From Squalus acanthias (taxonomy: Eukaryota): 64,000 bases of DNA. This document shows, in pieces, positions 51,591-64,000 of this stretch. Under the pieces are notes generated by a model. That model was given only the letters and a program-made list of their open reading frames with translations. It did not search any database and was not told the DNA's origin. A program made the position numbers and the translations under genes. Within the stretch, counting starts at the first letter, position 1; every line of letters starts with the position of its first letter. Location: NCBI GenBank assembly GCA_030390025.1, contig CM059453.1, forward strand, positions 3,720,001 to 3,784,000. Direction: 5' to 3'.

Positions 51591-53334
51591 TACACAAGTC
51601 TTTGAAGGTGGCACGACAAGTTGAGAAGACTGTTAAAAAGTCATACAGAATACTTGGCTTTATCAATAGAGGCAGAGAGTGCAAAAGCAAGGAAGTCATG
51701 CCAAACGTTTATAAAACAGTGATTAGAGCGCAGCTGGAGTATTGTGGGCAATACTGGGCACCACACTTTAAGAAGGATGTCTATGACATAGAGAGGTTGC
51801 AGTGCAGATTTACAAGAATGATACCAGGGATGGGGGACTTCAGTTACGTGGAGAGACTGGAGAAGCTGGGGTTGTTCTTCTTCAAGCAGAGAAGTTTAAT
51901 GGGTATTTGATAGAGGTGTTCAAAACAATAAGGGTTTTGATAGAATAAATTTGGATAAACTGCTTTCAGTGACTGATGTGTCGCGAATCAGAGTTTTAAG
52001 GTAATTGGCAAAAGAACCATAGTTGTTCTGAATAACTTTCAAAAGAAATTGCTATATAGTTGCGGGGGGAAATTTGCAGGGCTATGGTTAACGTGCAGGG
52101 GAGTGGGCAACGAGCCGGCATGGACACGTTGGGCCGAATGGCCTCCACCTGTGCTGTATTATTGTATGATTCTATGAAAAGCAAAATACTGGGCATCTGA
52201 AATAAAAACAGAACTAGCTGGAAAACTCCGGCAACATCTGTGGAGAGAGAGAAACACATTTAACGTTTCAAGGTAATCTGTTCTGCTAGTTTTCCCTCAG
52301 TACCGCACTGACCAATGAGCCCAGGTTGTGTGCTAAAGTCCTGGAGTGACAAACCGCTGCCTCAGAGGCGAGTCCTTTTAACGAGTTAATTCCCGATCAT
52401 TGCTTCTCAGTGGCCAATGAGAAAACCCCATAGTCGGCAGTTTGGGAAGCTGAGTCATGGACTTTTATCACGAAGGCTGTGTCACATTGGGTTAGAAATC
52501 CGGATTTGTTGGTAGTGCACCACAGGTGGTATCAGCAATGGCACAGTTGGTAGCACCATCGCCTCTGATTCAGAAGATTGTGTGGTTCAATTTCCACTCC
52601 AGAGACTTGGGCACAAAATCTAGGCAGCTCCTGTGCAATACTGAGCAAGTGCTGCACTGTTTGAGGTGTCGTCTTTCGGATGTGACCTTAAAACGAACAG
52701 CTATCTTCCCTCGCAGATGGACGTAAAAGATTCTATGGCACTGTTTCAAAGAAGAGGGCGAAAGGGATAGACCGAGTAATTACAGACCAGTCAGCCTAAC
52801 CTCGGTGGTGGGAAAATTATTGGAAAAATTCTGAGGGACAGGATACATTTTCATTTAGAAAGACACGGATTAATCAGGGACAGTCAGCGTGGATTGTTAA
52901 GGGAAGGCCGTGTCTGACTAACTTGATTGAATTTTTTGTGGAGGCAACAATGAGGGTCAATGAGGGTATTGCGTTTGATGTAGTCTATATGGATTTCAGC
53001 AAGGCTTTTGTTAAGGTCCCGCATGGCAGACTGGTCACGAAAGTAAAAGCCAATGGGATCCAAGGCAAAGTGGCAAGTGGGATCCGAATTGGCTCAGAGG
53101 CAGGAAACAAAGTGTAATGGTCGAAGGGTGTTTTTGTGACTGGAATGCTGTTTCCAGTGGGGTTCTGGAGGGCTCAGTACTGGGTCCTCTGCTTTTTGTG
53201 GTATATGTCAATGACTTACACTTGAATGTAGGAAGTAAGATTAAGAAGTTTCAGATGATACAAACATTGGCTGTGTGGTTGATAATGAAGAAGAAAACTG
53301 CAGACTGCAGGAAGATATCAATGGACTAGTCCCA

Positions 53335-56228
53335 GCAGTGAAAGAAACACACCTACCCTTTGCACCTCAAATATGTCCAAACTGTGAGGTGACGTTCCTT
53401 CAGTGAAGTGCCTATAACCTCACTTGCTCATGAATAAAAGGGGGAAAGTAAACTCACTGGCTTCCCGATTTGCACCAGCCCGCCCGTGGGTCTCAGATGG
53501 AATACCGGCCAGGTCCCATTTACATCCTGTGGATAACTGCTGGCTACAAAAAACAACAACTTGCATTAATGTAGCGCCTCAAACGTAGTAAAACGTCACG
53601 GAAGCGTTATCAAATATAATTTGACACCGAGCCACTTAAGGAGATATTTGGGCAGATGTCCAAAGGCTTGGTCAAAGTAAATGTTAAGGAGCGTCTTAAA
53701 TGAGGAGAGAGAGGTGGAGAAGCGGATAGGGAGGGCATTTCAGAAATAGGGCCGAGGCAGCTGAAAGTACGGTCGCCAATGGATGAGCGAAGGGGATTGG
53801 AGATGCACAAGAGGTTAAAATTGGAGGAGCGCAGAGATCTCGGAGGTTTGTAGGGCTGGAGGAGGTTAGTGAGATAGGGAGTGGCGAGGCTACGGAGGGG
53901 TTTCAACAGAAGGATGAGAAAAGGCAGCTGGCCGACTGCTGTCAAGCGCAGAACGCGTGGCTTGGGCAGCAATCAGGAAAGTGGGGTGGGGGTTGGGGAA
54001 GGGGAGAAGTACTGGGGCATTCGAGGTTTGATTTTCGTTTTGGGGCCAATGGAAACACTCCTAATCCAGATGGTCAGATAAGTTCAAAACTTTTCTTTTC
54101 GTTCCTTTCCTGATACATTTTACTAAATGGGTCCATACACCTCGTAGTACCCAGATTAGCATATTAATGAGGTGCCTACCCGAGTCAATGTCCGCCTGAG
54201 CGCCTGCAAAATGCAAGGGGGGTGGGGGGCATCTGCTTCGGGGCGGAATTTGAAGCAGAGAGAGTCGCTCGATTTTAACTCCTGTTCCTTTCGGTTTCCG
54301 CCCGGCGGAGTGAGCTAAAATTCCCACTAAATCTAAGATGAGCGTCGACGCGTGGAGAACCAGTTTCTAAACCGATGCTCGGTTTCACATTCCCCTTGGC
54401 AAACGCACGTATCTGTATCAGTCCAGATAAACACATATTTAAACAAGATGAGGACAAGGTGACCCTGAAGTGTTCGGTGATGGGATCTTATCCCACCTAC
54501 TCCTGGAGCTATGGCGGGAAGCCTTTACCGGAAAACACACGGTATACACTTTCTGCCGAAAAAAGCAACCAAACAATCAATCCCTTGAAAACAACCGATA
54601 ACAGAGACTTCGTCTGTAACGGAACGAACATCGTGAACACTGTTGAGAGCCCAGCAGTCAAGTTAATGATCTACGGTGAGAAAACTCATTTCTATTGTTA
54701 AATACTAACTATACATTATAATAGTTCTCAAACTGTCAACTGAATCTCCGGGAGCGAAATTCGACTGTGGTGGGATGTAAAACGGGCGGTATCGCATTGG
54801 CCGCCTGTTATGTGCTCCGCCAGATATCCGGTTCTATTGAAGCCATATTGAAGTGATACCGCCTGTTCTGCATCCATGCCCAAATCTATTTTTTGTCCAG
54901 GGACATATCATTGAATGTGGCAAATTCTTATTCTTACTTCTGTAGTCCATCGAAATGTTTGGATACTATGATTTCAATCTGCATGAATGTACTAGAACCG
55001 AAACTGCATATTTATCAAAGCGGCTAAGGGCATTAAACAGGGAGCGCAACAGAGACTGGATAAACTGACGGTGTTTGAAATAAGATGTATCTGGTATTCA
55101 ATTGAGAGGTAAAATTGCAATGCAGTTTGGCAATGATAACTGTTAAATTATTGCACATGGGTTGAAAAGGGCGAGTAGACCTTGATCGGAATTGCTTTAG
55201 ATCATTGAGCTGTAGGAAGACGCAGTACTGCCATCATCTCATTGATATGAAGCTGATTGGGGTGTGCACTGATAGGAAGTGGTAGCACAACTTAGCCAAC
55301 CAGTCCTGATTTGACACTTCAGTAGATATTGAAGGGGTCGGGGACCCCCTCTGGGAGACATTGTGCCAGAGCTTGGCTTCAAGGTTCAATAGAGATTTAA
55401 TAGCGCTGTACAAAATTATGAAGAGTTTAGATCGAGTAAATATAGAGAAACTGTTTCTACTGGTAGCAGCGTGGGTAACCAGAGGTCACTGATTTAAAAT
55501 AATTGGGAAATAACCAGATGAGGAGCTTTCTTTATGCAGCGTGTTGTAGTTATCTAGAATGCGCTGCCTGAAAGGGCGGTGGAAGCAGGTTCAATAATAA
55601 CTTTCAAAAGGGAATTGGATATTAACTTGAAAAGGAAACAATTGCTGGGTTATGGGGAACGGGTAGGGGAGTGGGACTGAGTTCAAAGAGCCGGTACAGA
55701 CACGATGGGCTGGATGGCCTCCTTCTGTGCTGTATCATTCAAAGACGTTATGTTTTATTCCAGGGTATATATAACTCCAGCTATGTTTGAAACCAGATTT
55801 TACAAAACTGGTCAGCTGGTCTGGTGAAAATCTTGGTACCTTAACCATCGTGTCATTGAGGCTTCTTCGTCTTGTGAACGATGTCACTGCTGCTCACACT
55901 TCTCTAAAAGTATAAAGAGAAACGAGAGATGTGCGGGGCTGTCGGCTGCACTCTGAATTCTGCATCTACTGGTCTGAGACTGATGATCAAGTCAAACTGC
56001 AGCCTTAGAAAGAGCTCGCAGTGATGGACAGATTACTATAAATGTTGTGACGATGAAATAAATCGAATGGATGCGATTTGCCAGAGGTGAGCATAGTGAG
56101 TATGTAGCAGAGTAGAGTTTGCAGTGAACTAGAGCGGCTGGTTAAGTATTAAGTTTTATTTATTGATTCATTGATTAGCTGTTAAAATATTACTGGATAA
56201 CAAATCAGTGACTGGTGATGTGGAGTGC
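53335..56228 (+). repeat. Diverged inverted copy of about 41950-45075 (intron 2, exon 3, intron 3)
   Basis: Reverse-complement matches at both ends and throughout, e.g. aactgtgaggtgacgttccttcagtgaagtg and gcagtgaactagagcggctggttaagtatt. Confidence 0.9.
54391..54675 (+). pseudogene. Second copy of the orphan exon 3 paralog
   Basis: Same as 19-303 except G>R (DNGD to DNRD); same AG>AT acceptor lesion. Confidence 0.85.
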
Positions 56229-59200
56229 GGCTGCAGAGAACAGTATCTATCCCCCTGACTATATTGTCCCCTACTACTGCCATATTCCTTCCTTCTCCCC
56301 CCAGTTGGATGGCCCCCTGTACCACAGTGCCGTGGTCAGTTTTCCCATTCTCCCTGCAGTCCTTTTCCTCATCCATACAGGTAGAAAGTACCTCGTACCT
56401 GTTGGACAATGTCCAGGATTGAGGCTCCTCCATCACTACATCCTGGGTCCCTATACCTTCCTCCTCTCCCTGACCACTGACGATCTCTAAAGTACTACTT
56501 AACCTAAAGGGTGTGACTGCCTCCTGGAACAAAGTGTCCAGGTAACTCTCCCCCTCCCTGATGTATCGCAATGTCTGCAGCTCGTACTCCAGCTCAACAA
56601 TTCTGAGCCGAAGTTCCTCGAGTTGCAGACACTTACTGCAGATGTGGTTGCTCGGGATCGCGATGCTCTCCACAGACTCCCACATGCTGCAGTTATGACA
56701 CACCATCTGCCCTGCCATCTCATAGAATCATAGAAAATAGGAGCAGGAGTAGGCCATTCGGCCCCTCGAGCCTGCTCCGCCATTCAATGAGATCATGGCT
56801 GATTATCCAAATTCAGTACCCTGTCCCTGCCTTCTCCCCATATCCCTTGATCCCTTTAGCCTTAAGAAATATATCTAACTCCTTCTTGAATATATTTAAT
56901 GAGTTGGCCTCAACTGCCTTCTGTGGTAGAGAATTCCACAGGTTCACCGCTCTCTGGGTGAAGAAATTCCTCCTCATCTCAGTCCTAAATGGCTTACCCT
57001 TATCCTTAGACTGTGACCCTTGGTTCTGGACTCCCCAGCCATCGGGAACATCCTTCCTGCATCTAGTCTGTCTAGTCCTGTTAGAATTTTATACCTTTCA
57101 ATGAGATCCCCTCTCATTCTTCTAAACTCCAGCGAGTATACGCCCAACCGACCCAATCTCTCCTCATACGTCATTCCTGCCATCCCAGGTATCAGGCTGG
57201 TGAATCTTCGCTGCACTCCCTCCATGGCAATAACATCCTTCCTCAGATAAGGTGACCAAAACTGCACACAATACTCAAGATGTGGTCTCACCAAGGCTCT
57301 GTACAACTGCAGCAAGACATCCTTGTTCCTGTACTCGAACCCTCTCGCTGCGAAGGCCAAACTACCATTTGCATTCTTAACTGCCTGCTGCACCTGCATG
57401 CTTACCTTCAGCGACTGGTGCACAAGGGCACCCAGGTCTCGTTGCACTTCCCCTTCTCCCAATCTATTGCCGTTCAGATAATAAGCTCTCTTCCTGTTTT
57501 TGCCACCAAAGTGGATAGCCTCGCATGTAGTGGATAACCTCGCGTTTATTTTGTTTTATTTATTAATTAATTATTAAAACATTTTATCCAATCGATATTT
57601 TACGTTTATTGTTTGATTATTTTATTTTATTTAAATTATTAATTTAATAAGTACTGGCAAGGTACAGTTCCTCAGATCTTAATTTAACCCCCCTTCCCTA
57701 ACTTAGGGAGCAAAAAAGAGCTGTATTACTCACCAACCAAACACCTACCTGCTCTCATGTGACGTCGCACTTTGTTGTTTTTGAATCGGAGCCCCGGCTG
57801 CAGCTGCTTTAATTCAGGTCTGCTCCCGGGCCTCTCTTTATCCTGTCGCCGCGGCCGCTGCTTTAATTCGGGTCCGCTCACGGGCCGCTCTTTTTCCACT
57901 CGCCGCTGCCGCCGCTTGATTGATTTTTTGTTTGTTTTGTTATTGGTAAATGCTGATATAATGCCTTGATATAGTGACCTGTTAGTTGACAGTTTTGCGG
58001 GCAGTAACTTGTCTTGGGTGCCAGTGCAAAACTGGCGGTATCAAAACGTCCGCCTGCCCCGCCCGATATTCTCTTCCGTTGTCATCAATGGAGCTGAATA
58101 TCTGTCTGTGTGTATAACAGGCGGCCAATGCGATGCCGACCGTTTTGCACTACTGCCGGAGACAAATTTCTACCCTCAAATCTTTTTGCTAGAACCGCGC
58201 TACCACATGTTATCACATGGTATGACAATGGCCCAGATATTCCGATCCCTATGGGTGGGTACACGCTGTGTACCCACCCGTAGGGACATCAGAAATGCCG
58301 TTTTCAGGCATGCACAGCGCCTGCGCTGAAAACCGGCATTTCCGATCTGTCAAGATTGCTCTTGACAGATCCTCTGGCTTCTGCGGGCGGATAGTTCCGC
58401 TTTTTGGAGAACCTCCACCCGCAGAAAACCTTTACAATTCTTACACCTGGAAAAAGTTGAAAAAAGTTTTTTTTTAAATTCGCCCATTTATCATTTAAAA
58501 ATCCTTTAAAAAAGGTAAGTTTATTTTTAGCCCCGTATTTAACTTTATATACTTTATTCAAAAATTTAAATTTTTGTTTAAAATATTTAATTTATTGTAA
58601 ATTCAAATCATTTTAAAAATGTGATTTAAAAAAATGTATTTAAAGTTTTACTATGTTTTGGGGTGATCACCATTCATATATTTGACAGGTCTTCCTGTCA
58701 AGTGTATGAAGGGACATTCCCTTCTTTGATTGGCTCCCCATGGTCCACGTGATCTAGGGACACTTGCGAACAGCATGCACCCCTGGGATACGTAGGCCCT
58801 GCACACTTGGAGTTGGAGAGGCCCAGCATCGGAACTTTACGCACCTCGGGAGCCCTCAGGTAAGTGCGGAGATTTTTTCCAGATCGGAGGCTTCCGCACG
58901 CGGGCAGCCTCCGATCGGTAAATACGGCCCATTGCCTTTCAGACTTACTGGCCGACTGCTGCTATGGGAGAACGGGAAGCGCTGAGCGGCAAAACTGCGC
59001 GTAACACAATTCGAAATATCTTCATTTATTGGGCCGGAATTTGCGGTGGGTAATAACGGCAAAATAACAATGTTCACCGTTAATAACCCTTTGAAACTGA
59101 CCACAACTTCAGGATTTAGCGCATGCGCATCCTTATGTGGAAACCTTGAAGTTGCGGTCAGTCATTCAATGCTTCCAGACAGGCTGTGCCCGCGGCACCC

Positions 59201-60958
59201 ACCCTCCCCACCACCCCACTATAGCCAGCAATCAGTGTAATCAGGGAAACTGTCGAAAACATGGGTTTTTCAGCGGTAATAGCGCTGTTAAATACCCCAT
59301 TAAAAGTTCGACCTTGTTGGATTAGGTATAACTGGGGTTATAAGAACGTATTTACTGCTAAACAAACGTTATGGCACTGAAAAACTAATTTTAATTTTGT
59401 GGAGTGTCAAATTTCTCCATTATGATAAAAGTTAAAATTTTAAAGAAATTAAGAAGATTGTTTTAAAAAAGTTTTTTCATGATATTTCAGCTTCTACCTT
59501 ATCCCCATGTGAGAGCCCCAATCTTAGTTTTGCTTCCTGTAACATTTTAAAAAGTCGGAATAAAAGAAGGTTCTCATTTAATGGTTCCCTGTCGGTGAGA
59601 ATTCTGCATTGCGATTAGCTGCTCAGACAGCTTGTTGATGTCACAGCAGATTCCACTCGGGAATCCCTGCTATAAAGTGCTGAAATCACTTAAAAACATA
59701 GAAACATAGAACAGTACAGCACTGTACAGGCCCTTCGGCCCTCGATGTTGTGCCGAGCATTGTCCGAGACCAAGATCAAGCTATCACACTCCCTATCACT
59801 CTGGTGTGCTCCATGTGCTTATCCAATAACCGCTTGAAAGTTCCTAAAGTGTCCGACTCCACTGTCACAGCAGGCAGTCCATTCCACACCCCAACCACTC
59901 TCTGAGTAAAGAATCTACCTCGGACATCCCTTCTATATCTCCCCCCATGCACCTTATAGTTATGCGCCCTTGTAACAGCTGCCTCTACCCGAGGAAATAG
60001 TCTCTGAACATCCACTCTATCTATCCCCCTCATCATCTTATAAACCTCTATTAAGTCGCCTCTCATCCTCCTCCGCTCTAAAGAGAAAAGCCCCAACTCC
60101 CTCAATCTTTCCTCATAAGACCTCCCCCCCAAACCAGGCAGTATCCTGGTAAATCTCCTTTGCACTCTTTCCAATGCTTCCACGTCCTTCCTATAGTGAG
60201 GTGACCAGAACTGCACACAATATTCCAAATGTGGTCTCACCAAGGTCCTGTACAGTTGCAGCATAACCTCACGGTTCTTAAACTCAAACCCTCTGTTAAT
60301 AAACGCCAACACACCATAGGCCTTCTTTACTGCTCTGTCCACTTCAGTGGCAACCTTCAGAGATCTGTGGATATGAACCCCCAGATCCCTCTGCTCCTCC
60401 ACGTTCCTCAGAACCCTGCCGTTGACCCTGTAATCCTTATTCAAATTTGCCCTACCAAAATGAATCACCTCGCACTTATCAGGGTTAAATTCCATCTGCC
60501 ATTTTTCGGCCCAGCTCTGCATCCTATCAATGTCTCTTTGCAGCCGACAACAGCCCTCCACCTCATCCACTGCTCCACCAATCTTGGTGTCATCAGCAAA
60601 TTTACTGATCCACCCTTCAGTCCCCTCCTCCAAGTCATTGATAAAAATCACAAACAGCAGAGGACCCAGCACCGACCCCTGTGGCACACCGCTGGTAACT
60701 GGTCTCCAGTCCGAAAATATTCAATCCACCACCACCCTCTGCCTTCTATGAGATAGCCAGTTACTTATCCAATCGGCCAAATTTCCCTCGATCCCACAAC
60801 TCCTTACTTTCTCCATGAGCCGACCATGGGGAACCTTATCAAACGCCTTACTAAAATCCATGTATACGACATCAACTGCTCTACCTTCATCTACACACTT
60901 AGTTACCTCCTCAAAGAATTCAATCAAATTTGTTAGGCAAGACTTACCCTTCACGAAT

Positions 60959-62692
60959 ACGATAGCAAAATACTGCGGATGCTGGAAATCTGAAATAACA
61001 ACAGAAAACGCTGGAAAAACTCAGCTGGCCAGGCAGCATCCGTGGAGAGAGAAAGAGAGTTAACGTTTCAGGTCGATGACCTTTCGTCAGAACTGTGAAG
61101 AGCCGGAAATCAAATAGATTTAAGGCCAGAGTAAAGCTGGGAAAAGGGGGAGGGGATAAAAGAACAAAGGGGGAGATGAAGAGACATTAAGAGACATTAA
61201 GAGATATGCAAGGGTAGAGGTGGTGTTAATGTGACAGATTAAGGCTGAATGAAGTGTGAAATCCACTGGCAGAATGAAGGACAGCTGCCAGCTTCTAGGA
61301 GGAAAAAAAAAAGGTGGGGGGGGGGGGCAAATAAAAGGGTGGAAAAAATAAAATATAAATGTGATTGGAGCTGAGGTTATGATCTAAAATTGTTGAACTC
61401 GATATTGAGTCCAGAGGGCTGTAGCGTGTCTAAACGAAAGATGAGGTGCTGTTCCTCGAGCTTACGCTGCGCTTCCGTGGAACAGTGTAATAGGCCGAGG
61501 ACGGTGAGGTCAGAGTGGGAGTGAAGCGGTGAATTAAAGTGACAGGCCACCGGGAGCTCGGGGTCCCCCTTACGGACTGAACGGAGGTGTTCCGCAAAGC
61601 GGTCACCCAATCTGCGTTTGGTCTCCCCAGTGTAGAGGAGACCACATCGTGAGCAGCGAATACAGTATACTAAATTGCAGGAAGTACAAGTAAATCGCTG
61701 TTTCACCTGGAAGGGGGTTTTGGGGCCCTGGACAGTGGGAAGAGGGGAGGTGTAAGGGCATGTGTTGCATCTCCTGCGCGTGCACAGGAAGGTGCCGGGC
61801 GAAGTGGAAGGGGTGCTGGGGGTGGTAGAGGAGTGGACTAGGGTGTCGCGGAGGGAGCGGTCCCTGCGGAATGCTGAAAGGGGAGGTGAGGGTAAGATGT
61901 GTTTGGTGGTGGGATCATGCTGGAGGTGGCGGAAATGGCGGAGGATGATCCATTGAATGTGGAGGCTGGTGGGGTGAAAGGTGAGGACAAGGGGAACCCT
62001 ATCGTGGTTCCGGGAGGGAGGGGCAGGGGTGAGGGCAGAAGTGCGGGAGATAGAACGGACACGGTCGAGGGCCGTGTCAACCATGGTAGAGGGGAATCCT
62101 CGGTTGAGGAAAAAGGAAGACATGTTGGAAGCACTGGTATGGAAGATGGCATCATCAGAGCAGATGCGGCGGAGACGGAGAAACTGGGAGAATGGAATAG
62201 AGTCCTTACAGGAGGCGGGGTGGGAGGAAGTGTAGTCCAGGTAGCTGTGGGAGTCAGTGGGCTTGTAGTGAATGTTAGTCAATAACCTATCCCCAGAGAT
62301 GGAGATGGAGAAGTCGAGGAAGGGAAGGGAAGAGTCGAAGATGGACCATGTGAAGGTGAGGGAAGGGTGGAAATTGGAAGCATAGTGAATGAAATGTTCT
62401 AGTTCAGGGCGAGAGCAGGAGACGGCACCGATACAGTCATCAATGTACCGGAAAAAGAGGTGAGGGAGGGGACCCGAGTAGGACTGGAACAAAGAGTGTT
62501 CCACATATCCCACGAAAAGGCAGGCATAGCTAGGACCCATGCGGGTACCCATAGCAACACCTTTAATTTGGAGGAAATGGGTAGAGTCAAAGGAGAAGTT
62601 GTTCAATGTGAGAACAAGTTCAGCCAGGCGGAGGAGGGTGGTGGTGGATGGGGACTGGTTGGGCGTCTGTTCAAGGAAGAAGCGGAGCGCCC
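60959..62692 (-). mobile_element. Penelope-like element, copy B (RT-GIY-YIG frame intact)
   Basis: As copy A but without the frameshift; forms the C-terminal part of the 678-aa ORF 61377-63413. Confidence 0.93.
61058..61094 (-). ncRNA. Hammerhead motif, copy B
   Basis: Identical to 6686-6722. Confidence 0.65.
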
Positions 62693-64000
62693 TCACGAAT
62701 CCGTGTTGACTATCCCTGATTAAGTTGCCCCTTTCCAAATGGTCATAAACCCTATCCCTCAGGACCTTTTCCATTATCTTACCAACCACCGAAGTAAGAC
62801 TAACCGGCCTATAATTACCAGGGTCATTCCTATTTCCTTTCTTGAAGAGAGGAACAACATTCGCCACTCTCCAGTCCTCTGGCACCATTCCCGTGGACAG
62901 TGAGGACCCAAAGATCAAAGCCAGAGGCTCTGCAATCTTCTCCCTTGCCTCCCAAAGAATCCTAGGATATATCCCATCTGGCCCAGGGGACTTATCGACC
63001 CTCAGGTTCTTCAAAATTGCTAAAACATCTTCCCTCAGAACATCTACCACCTCCAGCCTATCCACCTTTATCACACTCTCATCCTCAAGAACATGGCCCC
63101 TCTCCTCGGTGAACACTGACGAAAAGTATTCATTCATCACCTCTCCTATTTCTTCTGACTCCATGCACAAGTTTTCACTACTGTCCTTGACCGGCCCTAC
63201 CCTCACCCTGGTCATTCTTTTATTTCTCACATAAGAGTAAAAGGCCTTGGGGTTTTTCTTGATCCGAAGCGCCAAGGACTTCTCATGCCCCCTCCTAGCT
63301 CTCCTAAGCTCTTTTTTTAGCTCATTCCTTGCTACCTTGTACCCCTCCATCGACCCAACTGAACCTGTTTTCTCATCCTTACATACGCTTCCTTTTTCCT
63401 CTTGACTAGACATTCAACCTCTTTTGTGAACCATGGTTCTCTCACTCGGCCATTTCCTCCCTGCCTGACAGGGACATACCTATCAAGGACACGCAGTAAT
63501 TGCTCCATGAAAAAGCTCCACTTTTCGTTTGTGCCTTTCCCTGATAGTTTCTGTTCCCATCTTATACTCCCTAATTCTTGCCTAATCGCATCATAATTAC
63601 CCCTCCCCCAATTATAAACCCTGCCCTGCCGTATGGCCCTATCCCTCTCCATTGCAATAGTGAAAGTTACCGAATTGTGGTCACTATCTCCAAAGTGCTC
63701 TCCCACATACAAATCAAACACTTGGCCCGGTTCATTACCCAGTGCCAAATCCAACGTGGCCCCACCTCTTGTCGGCCTATCCACATATTGTGTCAGGAAA
63801 CCCTCCTGCACACACTCTGCAAAAACTATCCCATCCGAACTGTTTGACCTATAAAGGTTCCAATCAATATTTGGAAAGTTGAAGTCACCCATGACAACTT
63901 CTCTGTGACCTCCACACCTATTCATAATCTGCTTTGCAATTTCTTCCTCCACATCTCTATTACTATTTGGGGGCCTGTAGAAAACTCCTAACAACGTGAC

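Larger units (their letters stand above)
54373..64000 (+). repeat. Segmental direct repeat, copy B (runs off the window)
   Basis: Matches 1-9628 including all nested elements. Confidence 0.97.
59693..64000 (-). mobile_element. CR1 LINE, copy B
   Basis: Duplicate of the 5321-9628 element; extra GGA>TGA stop at 60721-60723. Confidence 0.95.

Noticed and set aside
1-64000. CRISPR arrays, operons or prokaryotic defence systems
   Set aside because: None seen; the sequence is intron-containing vertebrate DNA.

Overview
Eukaryotic, repeat-rich vertebrate DNA. The CR1/L2/Penelope/tRNA-SINE landscape suggests a cartilaginous fish (inference). I reconstructed by hand one apparently intact multi-exon gene on the minus strand (ATG at 47571; 12 exons with canonical GT-AG and matching phases, 860 codons, plus a probable 13th exon giving about 862 aa). 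It encodes a type I Ig-superfamily receptor of the CEACAM/VSIG10L type: signal peptide, Cys-less IgV, four internally duplicated C2 domains, a YGPD-type C2 domain, a VSIG10-like domain, an I-set domain, a glycine-zipper TM and a tail with YEEI and probably YQHL. The locus shows duplication at several scales: a microhomology-joined duplicate exon, inverted relics of a paralog with a dead splice acceptor on both sides of the gene, and a >99% identical direct repeat with a 54,372-bp period (1-9628 = 54373-64000). Inside that repeat a Penelope element has inserted in frame into a CR1 LINE, which itself sits in a probable TIR element, giving a 678-aa CR1-Penelope chimeric ORF. The Penelope terminal repeat carries a minimal hammerhead ribozyme motif and also occurs as short standalone insertions. 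Repeat boundaries are approximate and family names come from recognition, not database searches.
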